This document shows, one piece after another, positions 1-7,064 of a DNA stretch of 32,000 nucleotides; positions within the stretch are counted from its first letter, which is position 1; each line of letters begins with the position of its first letter. Source of the stretch: Caldimicrobium thiodismutans (lineage in GTDB: Bacteria; Desulfobacterota; Thermodesulfobacteria; Thermodesulfobacteriales; Thermodesulfobacteriaceae); the NCBI RefSeq assembly GCF_001548275.1, contig NZ_AP014945.1, positions 1,080,001 through 1,112,000 on the forward strand, given 5' to 3'. A model generated the notes under the pieces. The model did not search any database. It had not been told where the DNA came from and saw nothing but the letters and a program-made list of their open reading frames with translations. The position numbers and the translations under genes are program-made.

Positions 1-719
1 CTGTTCATTTTTTTTAGCTCTTCCATAAGGTTATATTTTGTGTGAAGTCTTCCAGCGGTATCAACAAGAACAAGGTCTTTATTTTCTTTGATAGCCTTTT
101 CAAGGCCCTGATAAATAACAGCAGAAGGATCACTTCCTTCTTTCTGATGGGAAACCTCTAAGCCAAGCCTTTCACCCCACATCTTCAATTGATCAATAGC
201 TGCTGCTCTAAAGGTATCTCCTGCAACAAGAAGAACTTCTTTTCCATCTTCTTTGAAACGCTTAGCTAATTTGGCAATCGTAGTAGTTTTACCCACACCA
301 TTTACCCCGAGAAAGAAAAGAATCGAGGGTTTTTCGGAGGGTGGAAAGGGCTTTTCATATTCTATTAAAAGTTCAAGCATTTTTTCCTTTAATTGCCTTT
401 TTAATTCCTTTGTGGTTAAGGGTTCTCCCTTTATTACCTTGTTTTTAAAAGGTTCAAGAAGATGTAGGGTGGTTTCAACACCAAGATCTGCTAAAATGAG
501 TTTTTCTTCAAGCTCTTCAAGAAGATTTAGATCAACCAGTCTATCAACTTCAAAGACTTCACTTAAGGCAGAAGTAAGCTTTTCCTTGGTTTTAGAGAGC
601 CCTTCTTTGAAACGCTCAAATAGATTCTTTTTCTTGGGGGCTTCAGTCGTATCTTCTAAAGGTTTATGTTCTTCCTGGGCTTCTTTTTGGGAAACTTTAG
701 AAAAAAGTTTTTTGAGCAC
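1..719 (-). CDS. ftsY: Signal recognition particle receptor FtsY (partial; the 3' end runs off the window start)
   Basis: The minus-strand frame is open from GTG at 719 to the window edge. Hand translation gives ..LFERFKEGLSKTKEKL.., the P-loop FLGVNGVGKTTTIAKLA, then LLVAGDTFRAAAIDQL and LVLVDTAGRLHTKYNLMEELKKM, all typical SRP-GTPase/FtsY motifs. It is missing from the ORF track only because it has no stop inside the window. The + ORF 253..723 is its antisense shadow. Confidence 0.85.
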   Translation of the reverse strand, partial: MLKKLFSKVSQKEAQEEHKPLEDTTEAPKKKNLFERFKEGLSKTKEKLTSALSEVFEVDRLVDLNLLEELEEKLILADLGVETTLHLLEPFKNKVIKGEPLTTKELKRQLKEKMLELLIEYEKPFPPSEKPSILFFLGVNGVGKTTTIAKLAKRFKEDGKEVLLVAGDTFRAAAIDQLKMWGERLGLEVSHQKEGSDPSAVIYQGLEKAIKENKDLVLVDTAGRLHTKYNLMEELKKMN

Positions 720-748
720 TTGAAAAACCAGCTGATTTAATAGATTTA

Positions 749-839
749 CGGAGGGGGAGGGATTCGAACCCCCGGAGGGAGAGCAAGCTCCCTCAACGGC
801 TTTCAAGGCCGCCCCCTTCGTCCGCTCGGGCACCCCTCC
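749..839 (-). tRNA. tRNA-Ser (anticodon UGA), class II with a long variable arm
   Basis: The reverse complement GGAGGGGTGCCCGAGCGGACGAAGGGGGCGGCCTTGAAAGCCGTTGAGGGAGCTTGCTCTCCCTCCGGGGGTTCGAATCCCTCCCCCTCCG folds as a cloverleaf. It has anticodon loop CT-TGA-AA, a long extra arm and a GGTTCGAATCC T-loop. Confidence 0.9.
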
Positions 840-854
840 AAACTTTGTCTATAA

Positions 855-882
855 ATTATAAAACATTTTTTAGGATTAACAA
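855..882 (-). promoter_or_regulatory. Candidate sigma70-type promoter for tRNA-Ser
   Basis: On the minus strand: TTGTTA (882->877), 16-nt spacer, TATAAT (860->855). The -10 lies about 15 nt upstream of the tRNA 5' end. Confidence 0.35.
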
Positions 883-891
883 GCAGAGCCC

Positions 892-921
892 TTGACAAAT
901 TCTGGCTGTGGGGAGTATTGT
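892..921 (+). promoter_or_regulatory. Candidate promoter for the 965..2134 gene
   Basis: Consensus -35 TTGACA at 892-897, 18-nt spacer, and a weak -10 TATTGT at 916-921. Confidence 0.3.
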
Positions 922-964
922 TTTTTTATTAAAGAGGATTATCTTAAAAAGGAAAACTTGAAAA

Positions 965-2134
965 ATGGATAAATCTGTGAAAAGAAGCTTTTTAATTCTT
1001 CTCCTTTTTTTTGTATTTACCTCAGAGAGGATTTTTGCTGAGGAGCCTAAGAAGGTTCTTATTTTGCCTTTTGAGGTCTATTCTCAGCAAGATTTAAGCT
1101 ACCTTGCAAGAGCTATCCCAGAGATGCTCACAAGCAGGCTTTTTATACCGAATAAAATACAGGTAATTGAGGCAGAAAAGATAGAAGAGGAACTCAAGAA
1201 TAAAAAAATAGATAAAAATACAGCTCAGGACTTAGCCAAAAAACTCTCTGCAGACTATGTTATCTGGGGAAGTGTTACGGTAGCAGGAGAGGTGGTAAGT
1301 ATTGATGCTCAAATTATGGACTTAAGTAACACCAAAAAGCCAGCTCAGTTCTTTCAAGAAATAAAAGGTCTTTCAGATCTAATTCCCCAGCTTACCCGTT
1401 TTGCAAGGAAATCAAAAAATTACATTGAAGGAAAGGAAGAGGACTTTTATAAAGAAGATCTTTCTCTTGCCATGGCAGGGGCTCCTTATTATGCTCCAGG
1501 AAGGGCTCATCCTGAAAGAGGTTATTTTGGATATGCACCCTATCCAGTAAGACCAATTCCTGAAGAGCCCCCTGTTGAGAAGGCCAAACCACGCTTTGGT
1601 GGTATAGGGGATCCTGCTTATGAAGGAGGACTTTTAGGAAATCTGGTTATTGAACTTTCAGGAAATAAGCCAAGAGTTGGTTTTGCTAAATCTGAAGAGG
1701 AAAGGGCCAAGGGAAATCAAACCCAGGCTCCACCTCCCTATCTCTATTACTATCCTCCTCAACCTTATTATAATTATTCACCTCCCCCTTATTACTATTA
1801 TCAGAGGCAGCCTCAGGAGGAAGGGCTTCTTTCCAAGATGAAGAGATGGCTTTGGCCCTTTGGAGAGGATAATACTCGCTTAGTTTATCCTCAACCCCTT
1901 TATCCCCAACCTGTTCCTATAACTCCGCAAGGGGTAACTTCTACGCAACAGCCAGTGCCCTCTCAACCTTCTATCACTCCTCAACCATCCATATCCTCTC
2001 CTCAACCTCAGAGAGCTTCTCCTCCTTCACCGCCACAAGCCCTTACACCACAGGCACCTCCTATTCCTTCAACTCCCCCTCAAACCGTATCCCCACCTTC
2101 AGGACCATCCAGCAATCCCTGGCGCTGGGAATAA
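965..2134 (+). CDS. Secreted protein: signal peptide, a CsgG/LpoB/TolB-N-like periplasmic domain, and a long Tyr/Pro/Gln-rich low-complexity C-terminal half
   Basis: 389-aa ORF with an N-terminal signal peptide (KRSFLILLLFFVFTSERIFA/EE). Residues ~25-150 (KKVLILPFEVYS..YLARAIPEMLTSRLF..LSADYVIWGSVTVAGEVVSIDAQIMD) follow the pattern of periplasmic scaffold domains. The C-terminal ~200 aa are YYYPPQPYYNYSPPPYYYYQ and PQPS(I)T/S repeats. Confidence 0.7.
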   Translation: MDKSVKRSFLILLLFFVFTSERIFAEEPKKVLILPFEVYSQQDLSYLARAIPEMLTSRLFIPNKIQVIEAEKIEEELKNKKIDKNTAQDLAKKLSADYVIWGSVTVAGEVVSIDAQIMDLSNTKKPAQFFQEIKGLSDLIPQLTRFARKSKNYIEGKEEDFYKEDLSLAMAGAPYYAPGRAHPERGYFGYAPYPVRPIPEEPPVEKAKPRFGGIGDPAYEGGLLGNLVIELSGNKPRVGFAKSEEERAKGNQTQAPPPYLYYYPPQPYYNYSPPPYYYYQRQPQEEGLLSKMKRWLWPFGEDNTRLVYPQPLYPQPVPITPQGVTSTQQPVPSQPSITPQPSISSPQPQRASPPSPPQALTPQAPPIPSTPPQTVSPPSGPSSNPWRWE

Positions 2135-2276
2135 CTTGTAAAAATTTATTTACTGGTAAGAAAGCCCCAATTTTACATCTTAATTTAGAAAAGGATCAGG
2201 GTTAAAAAGTTAAGAAAAACAAGGCTAAAATTCTTAGAATAAGTTTCTGGAAAAAAAGCCTTAGAATTGGAAAAAA

Positions 2277-2630
2277 TTAACAGGTGAGATGAAAGGCTCC
2301 TGCTAAAGAGACTTTTTCTTTGAGAAGCTCGTTAAAGCGTTTTACAGCCTTTTCTGTGGGATAGGCCTCAAAAACAATTCCCAAAGCCTTAGCTCTTTCA
2401 ACTACTTTGGGATCAATTCTCATAACGCCGCTTGCTCCTGTTCCAACAATAAGATATTGAGGTTTAAAGGAAAAGACCTCCTCCAGATCTTCAACCTGAA
2501 GGTAGTGTCCTTCCTTTCTCCACCAGTGGGAAAGGATTTTTTCTTGGGAAGAGCTTTTGAGAATGATTAAATCTTTGGTGAAAGTTTTATCCTGATAGGT
2601 AAGAGAGCCAAAACTATAGTGCGATATCAT
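2277..2630 (-). CDS. MTH938-domain (DUF498) protein
   Basis: 117-aa ORF ending ..YLIVGTGASGVMRIDPKVVERAKALGIVFEAYPTEKAVKRFNELL.., which matches the Mth938/NDUFAF3-like domain pattern. It starts 5 nt downstream of prfA. Confidence 0.65.
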   Translation of the reverse strand: MISHYSFGSLTYQDKTFTKDLIILKSSSQEKILSHWWRKEGHYLQVEDLEEVFSFKPQYLIVGTGASGVMRIDPKVVERAKALGIVFEAYPTEKAVKRFNELLKEKVSLAGAFHLTC

Positions 2631-2635
2631 AGGGT

Positions 2636-3742
2636 TTAGGCAGCCAAGCGTAAGGACTCTTCTTCTCTTTTTAGGGATTCCATACGAAAGTGGGTTATTA
2701 GGGCATCAATAAATTCATCCAATCCTCCATCTAAGACTTCTGGAAGATTGTAATTTGTAATTCCAACCCGGTGATCAGTCACTCTATTTTGAGGAAAATT
2801 ATAGGTGCGAATTTTTTCACTTCTTTCACCTGTTCCAACCTGGGATCTTCTTTCCTGCTGGACCTTTTCCATCTGCTCTTTTTGAGCAAGCTCAAAAAGT
2901 TTTGCCCTAAGGATTTTGAGGGCAGTTGCTTTATTTTGATGCTGGCTTCGTTCGTTTTGGCAGGAAACTACAATACCTGTAGGAATATGAGTGATCCTTA
3001 CTGCAGATTCTGTTTTATTCACATGTTGACCACCGTGCCCTCCTGCACGCATGGTCTCAATCTTTAGTTCCTCAGGGCGTATCTCAACATCTACTTCATC
3101 TACCTCGGGAAGCACGGCAACTGTGCAGGTAGAAGTATGAATCCTTCCAGAAGACTCTGTGACCGGCACCCTTTGAACCCTGTGAACACCACTTTCAAAT
3201 TTTAATCTACTATAAGCTCCCTTACCATCAATTCTTGCAATAACCTCTTTAAATCCACCAAGACCAGTTTCATTGACATCCAGAATCTCAAACTTCCAGC
3301 CCTTGCGTTCTGCATATCTTTGATACATTCTCAAAAGTTCTCCAGCAAAGAGAGCAGCCTCCTCTCCTCCTGCTCCAGCCCTGATTTCAAGGATAACGCT
3401 CTTCTCATCATTTGGATCTTTGGGAAGAAGTATAAGGGGAAGTTCTCTCTCCAAAGATTCTATTTTTTCTTCAAGAAGTTTAATTTCCTCTCGAACAAGG
3501 GCCCTGAGCTCTTCATCCTTTTCTTCTTCAAGGAGAAGCTTATTTTCTTCAAGCTCTTTTAGGGCTCGTTTATAATCCTGAAAAGTCTTGACTACATCCT
3601 CTAAGGAAGAAAGCTCCTTAGCAAGCTTGGCATATCTTTCGGGATCAGACATAACCTGAGGGTCAGAAAGCCATGATGAGAGTTCCTCATACCGAGTTTC
3701 CAGTGCCTGAAGTTTATCTAAGTAAAACTTAGCAAGACTCAT
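2636..3742 (-). CDS. prfA: Peptide chain release factor 1
   Basis: 368 aa with the GGQ motif ([25 protein letters not shown]) and the RF1-type PxT tripeptide ([12 protein letters not shown]). Confidence 0.95.
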   Translation of the reverse strand: MSLAKFYLDKLQALETRYEELSSWLSDPQVMSDPERYAKLAKELSSLEDVVKTFQDYKRALKELEENKLLLEEEKDEELRALVREEIKLLEEKIESLERELPLILLPKDPNDEKSVILEIRAGAGGEEAALFAGELLRMYQRYAERKGWKFEILDVNETGLGGFKEVIARIDGKGAYSRLKFESGVHRVQRVPVTESSGRIHTSTCTVAVLPEVDEVDVEIRPEELKIETMRAGGHGGQHVNKTESAVRITHIPTGIVVSCQNERSQHQNKATALKILRAKLFELAQKEQMEKVQQERRSQVGTGERSEKIRTYNFPQNRVTDHRVGITNYNLPEVLDGGLDEFIDALITHFRMESLKREEESLRLAA

Positions 3743-3757
3743 ATATAATAAAAATTT

Positions 3758-3985
3758 TTAGGACTCTTCTTTTTGATAGAATTTAGAGTATTTTTTCATG
3801 AATTTCTCAATTTTTCCTTCTGTATCAACAAAGCGGGTTTCTCCAGTAAAAAAGGGATGACAATTAGAACAGACCTCAACCCTAATCTCTTTGCGCGTTG
3901 AGCCAACTTTTATCTCATTTCCACAGGCACACCTAATCACTGCATCTTCATAATAAGGGGGATGAATATCTTTTTTCATAGCCAA
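3758..3985 (-). CDS. rpmE: 50S ribosomal protein L31
   Basis: 75 aa reading [46 protein letters not shown], the canonical Zn-ribbon type L31. Confidence 0.95.
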   Translation of the reverse strand: MAMKKDIHPPYYEDAVIRCACGNEIKVGSTRKEIRVEVCSNCHPFFTGETRFVDTEGKIEKFMKKYSKFYQKEES

Positions 3986-4215
3986 ACCTCTCCTTTTAAA
4001 AATTTTTCTTTAAAATAACCCTAAAATCCAAAAATTCAAGTTGTTGTATGCGTCCCCATCTTTTGAATCCTAAAGAGAAAAAATCCTTTTGATGATTACT
4101 CGTTGAATTCTTCCAATACAGTCCTTCTATAATTTTTGAGGTAGTATTTTTATTTATACAAAATATCCTCTTGTTGTTTCTGAGTTAATATAGATAGGTA
4201 AAAAATATGAATTTA

Positions 4216-4955
4216 TCAATTTTCAAAGAGTTTAAAGATATCTTCAGAGCTCTTCGCAAGAATTATTTCTCTATGCCACTCCTTAAGAACTTTTCTATCC
4301 TCCTCCCTTGCAACCCTCTACCTCACTTCCTCCGGCACATACCCGAGCTTCACCTCTATAGCCTCAAGCACAAGCTCCCTTGCTTACTATATTAACCCCA
4401 TGATATATCCCCTTGTTGAATCCCTTGCTCAATCCCCTGCTGATAAAACTTCTCTTCCTCACTCCTCTTTAAATCTACCACATGAAGCCTAAAAAGTTCC
4501 CCCTTTAACCCCTCTGGCACTGAAAATATCTTCTCTATCCTTTCAGGATACCCCCAGGGCTTATCCCCTTCATAGAATACAAGAGGTAAAACAGGCACAT
4601 ATCCCCTTCCCTCCTTGAGAGACTTTTCATTTAAAGCGGTTATGTAATTTAAGATCTGAAGGTAAATTCTTTTATCAGGTGCACTTTTGTGCTAAATAAG
4701 GATATAGAGATGGGCTTTGGTTGAAGGTTTACCTTCACTAAGAAGATTAACCTCAGCAACAATATCTGGGATTTCTCGCTTTTTTCTTGAGAGAGAAACT
4801 TGCTCTTCCGGGATAATTTTAAGGGAGTCAAAGTCAAGATGCCTTTTAATGTGATCAGGGAGGAAGGTTGAGAGGAAGGCTTTTAAGTTTTCAGGGTCTT
4901 TGAGGAAGGCCTTGGCAAAAAGGTCATAGGGAATGGGATGTTTCTTCCTTGACAT
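4216..4955 (-). pseudogene. Rpn-family (YhgA-like, PD-(D/E)XK) recombination-promoting nuclease / putative transposase, disrupted
   Basis: The N-terminal MSRKKHPIPYDLFAKAFLKDPENLKAFLSTFLP..DIVAEV..HLYILI is cut by an in-frame TAG at 4692-4694, exactly where LIEHKS is expected. The same frame then continues HKSAPDKRIYLQILNYITAL..PVLPLVFYEGDKPW..QQGIEQGIQQG to a TAA at 4392-4394. The family-typical C-terminus (..LVLEAIEVKLGYVPEEVR*RVAREEDRKVLKEWHREIILAKSSEDIFKLFEN) lies in another frame and carries a further TAG at 4318-4320. Confidence 0.7.
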
Positions 4956-5101
4956 AAAGGTATTTTGCCAGAATTTAGAGGGTTTTCAAGTTGTAAGGTT
5001 GGTAAGGGTCTTATAAAGGTTTAAAGGGGGGACCTGAGAAGTTGAGATTTTTAAATAAGGTTTTAATTTAAAAGAGTAGAAATAAAAAGTTAACTGGGTC
5101 T

Positions 5102-6340
5102 ATGAATTTGCAGATTCTTAGTCCTGATAGAAGTTTATTGAAAAAACTTAATATTCTTGCTATGTCTGCAAGATATGATAATTCCTGTAGTAGTTCTGGA
5201 AGTAGAAGAGAAACACCTGCCCAGGGTATAGGGAATGGGTATATCTCTGGGATTTGCCATACCTGGAGTGCTGATGGAAGATGTGTTTCTCTTTTAAAAA
5301 TTTTAATGACCAATTTCTGTAAAAATGATTGCAAGTATTGTATTAACAGAAGGCAAAATGATGTTCCCAGGGCCATTTTTACTCCTGAGGAGATTGCCAG
5401 TCTAACTATTGAATTCTACAGAAGAAACTACATTGAGGGGCTCTTTTTGAGCTCTGGGATTTATCGCTCCCCAGATGATACTATGGAGCTTATGTTAAGA
5501 GCTATAAAGATTTTAAGAGAGAAATACCACTTTGGAGGATACATACATTTAAAACTTATCCCAGGAGCAAGTGATGTGTTAATTTCAGAGGCTTTAAAAC
5601 TTGCAGACAGAGTTAGCTCCAATCTTGAATTAGCTACAGAGACCTCACTCCGAGCCTTAGCTTCTGAAAAGAACTTTGCCCTTCTTTTTGCTCCCTTAAA
5701 GATAGTAAGAGAACAATATGAAAATAAAGAGATAAAGGCTCCAGCATCTACCCAAGTTATAATTGGTGCCAGTCCAGATACAGATAAAACTATTTTAAAT
5801 TTGGCACAAAGATTATATATAAAAAAGATGGTAAGACGGGTTTATTATTCTGCCTATATTCCTCTAAATATGGATCCAGCTCTTCCTGTTCTCTCATCTC
5901 CTCCTTTCCTTCGGGAACACCGTCTTTATCAAGCCGATTGGTTGTTGCGTTTTTATGGCTTTAATATAGATGAACTTTTTGAAAACTCAGAAAATTTGGA
6001 GCTTAATCTTGATCCAAAACTTGCTTGGGCTTTAAGAAATCTTATTTTTTTTCCTGTAGAAATTACAAAAGCAGATTATTGGGAATTAATAAGGGTTCCG
6101 GGAATTGGGCCAACCTCAGCCAAAAAGATCATTCAGGCAAGAAAATATGGTCCCCTTTCGGATGAGATTCTAAAAAATCTTGGCGTTCCTCTTAAAAGGG
6201 CTCGTTATTTTATTACTATTAAAGGCAAATGTTTAGTTAGAAATAGAAAAATGAAAATATTAGAAAATAAGCACCCCTCTCTTTTTAAAGAATTTTCAGA
6301 TACAGAATGGCCAAAAAGCTATGCCTATTTACCTATATGA
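5102..6340 (+). CDS. Putative DNA modification/repair radical SAM protein (TIGR03916-like)
   Basis: 412 aa with the family-typical N-terminus (..LNILAMSARYDNSCSSSG), the radical-SAM cluster motif CKNDCKYC (CxxxCxxC) and a C-terminal helix-hairpin-helix (LIRVPGIGPTSAKKIIQARKYG). Confidence 0.85.
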   Translation: MNLQILSPDRSLLKKLNILAMSARYDNSCSSSGSRRETPAQGIGNGYISGICHTWSADGRCVSLLKILMTNFCKNDCKYCINRRQNDVPRAIFTPEEIASLTIEFYRRNYIEGLFLSSGIYRSPDDTMELMLRAIKILREKYHFGGYIHLKLIPGASDVLISEALKLADRVSSNLELATETSLRALASEKNFALLFAPLKIVREQYENKEIKAPASTQVIIGASPDTDKTILNLAQRLYIKKMVRRVYYSAYIPLNMDPALPVLSSPPFLREHRLYQADWLLRFYGFNIDELFENSENLELNLDPKLAWALRNLIFFPVEITKADYWELIRVPGIGPTSAKKIIQARKYGPLSDEILKNLGVPLKRARYFITIKGKCLVRNRKMKILENKHPSLFKEFSDTEWPKSYAYLPI

Positions 6341-7064
6341 TGGCACATGGGAAGCCTTTTTAACTCTTCTTTCTCAATTGGTATTTGAAAAGTCTAATAA
6401 TCTTAATGAACTACGAGTTTATAATTTACGCTTACTTTGCAGAAAGGGGGTTCCTTTCCTTGGAGAAAAAATTGAGGTATCCGAGGTTTGGATTGAAAAG
6501 ATTAAAAAATTTATTCATGAAATTGGAGGAGACCAGTTGCTCAGAGAGGTTTATCACTGGTATCTATGTGATAGGGCCAATATTGAAATACCTCTTGCTA
6601 TGTGTTTAAAAAAGGCTGAAAAAGATCCTGAAATATTTTTGAGACCACAGATTATTGAGGCTGTAAAATTGCAAAAGGCAAAGAAATCCCTACTTAGGGA
6701 GAGACACAGGTGGCTTGGTTTTTTGCGGTTTTACTCGCCAGAAGAAGGAGTGCTCTTTGCAAGCTTTGAGCCCCAGTATAATGTATTACCTCTCCTTGGT
6801 GGACATTTTGTTAAAAGGTTCCCTCAGGAAAAGCTTTTTATTGTGGATACCTTAAGGGGGCTCCTTTTTCTTGGACAAGGAAGAAGAAGCAAGCTCCTGT
6901 TTCTTGAAGAATGGGATGTGGATTTAAAAAAACTTAAAGATCCCTTTTTTGAAATTTGGAAGACTTATTTTAGGGAAATTGCAGTTCCAGAAAGGGTTGA
7001 TTTAAAGCGTCAGCAAAAAAGAGTTCCTTTAAAAGTAAGGCCCTTTCTTCCAGAATTTATGTAA
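6321..7064 (+). CDS. TIGR03915-family 'probable DNA metabolism protein' (DUF4130), obligate partner of the radical SAM gene; no UDG fusion
   Basis: 247 aa reading IYLYDGTWEAFLTLL.., ..RERHRWLGFLRFYSPEEGVLFASFEPQYNVLPLLGGHFVKRF.. and ..IWKTYFREIAVPER... This matches my memory of the family. It overlaps the upstream radical SAM gene by 20 nt, suggesting translational coupling. Confidence 0.75.
   Translation: MPIYLYDGTWEAFLTLLSQLVFEKSNNLNELRVYNLRLLCRKGVPFLGEKIEVSEVWIEKIKKFIHEIGGDQLLREVYHWYLCDRANIEIPLAMCLKKAEKDPEIFLRPQIIEAVKLQKAKKSLLRERHRWLGFLRFYSPEEGVLFASFEPQYNVLPLLGGHFVKRFPQEKLFIVDTLRGLLFLGQGRRSKLLFLEEWDVDLKKLKDPFFEIWKTYFREIAVPERVDLKRQQKRVPLKVRPFLPEFM

Noticed and set aside
253-723. 156-aa + strand ORF in the track
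   Set aside because: It lies antisense to a clearly recognisable ftsY reading frame. Its product is low-complexity and S/F/K-rich with no motif. It is a shadow ORF.
1700-2110. Short tandem-like repeats (CCTCAACC.., TATTACTAT..) as a possible CRISPR array or minisatellite
   Set aside because: They sit inside one long ORF and encode its Pro/Gln/Tyr repeats. There is no repeat-spacer architecture. I saw no CRISPR array anywhere in the window.
2135-2276. An intrinsic terminator between the convergent genes at 2134 and 2277
   Set aside because: The region contains only weak 5-bp stems and the near-palindrome ATTCT(A/T)AGAAT. There is no convincing GC-rich hairpin followed by a U-tract on either strand.
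2771-3562. The + strand ORFs 2771..3067 and 3320..3562
   Set aside because: Both lie antisense to prfA and have no recognisable motifs. The same reasoning applies to other antisense ORFs in the track: 1392..1592, 5068..5376, 7075..7475, 8230..8559, 9517..9738, 10169..10384, 11977..12264, 12631..12912, 15578..15760, 18084..18329, 19504..20300, 20750..20950, 25145..25372, 26566..26757, 27454..27669, 29289..29498 and 30064..30333.
4207-4395. 62-aa + strand ORF
   Set aside because: The opposite strand encodes the recognisable C-terminal helices of the Rpn-family pseudogene, so this is a shadow ORF.
4318-4694. Two in-frame TAG codons as possible programmed amber read-through or pyrrolysine
   Set aside because: The same gene also has a TAA stop and a frame change. 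No pyl genes or recoding signals are visible. Ordinary pseudogene decay is the simpler explanation.
3986-5101. A direct repeat of the tRNA-Arg 3' end, which would mark the far end of an integrated island
   Set aside because: By eye I found no copy of the tRNA 3' segment (..GGTTCGAGTCCCTCCGGGGGCG) in the candidate boundary regions. The island idea therefore stays a hypothesis only.
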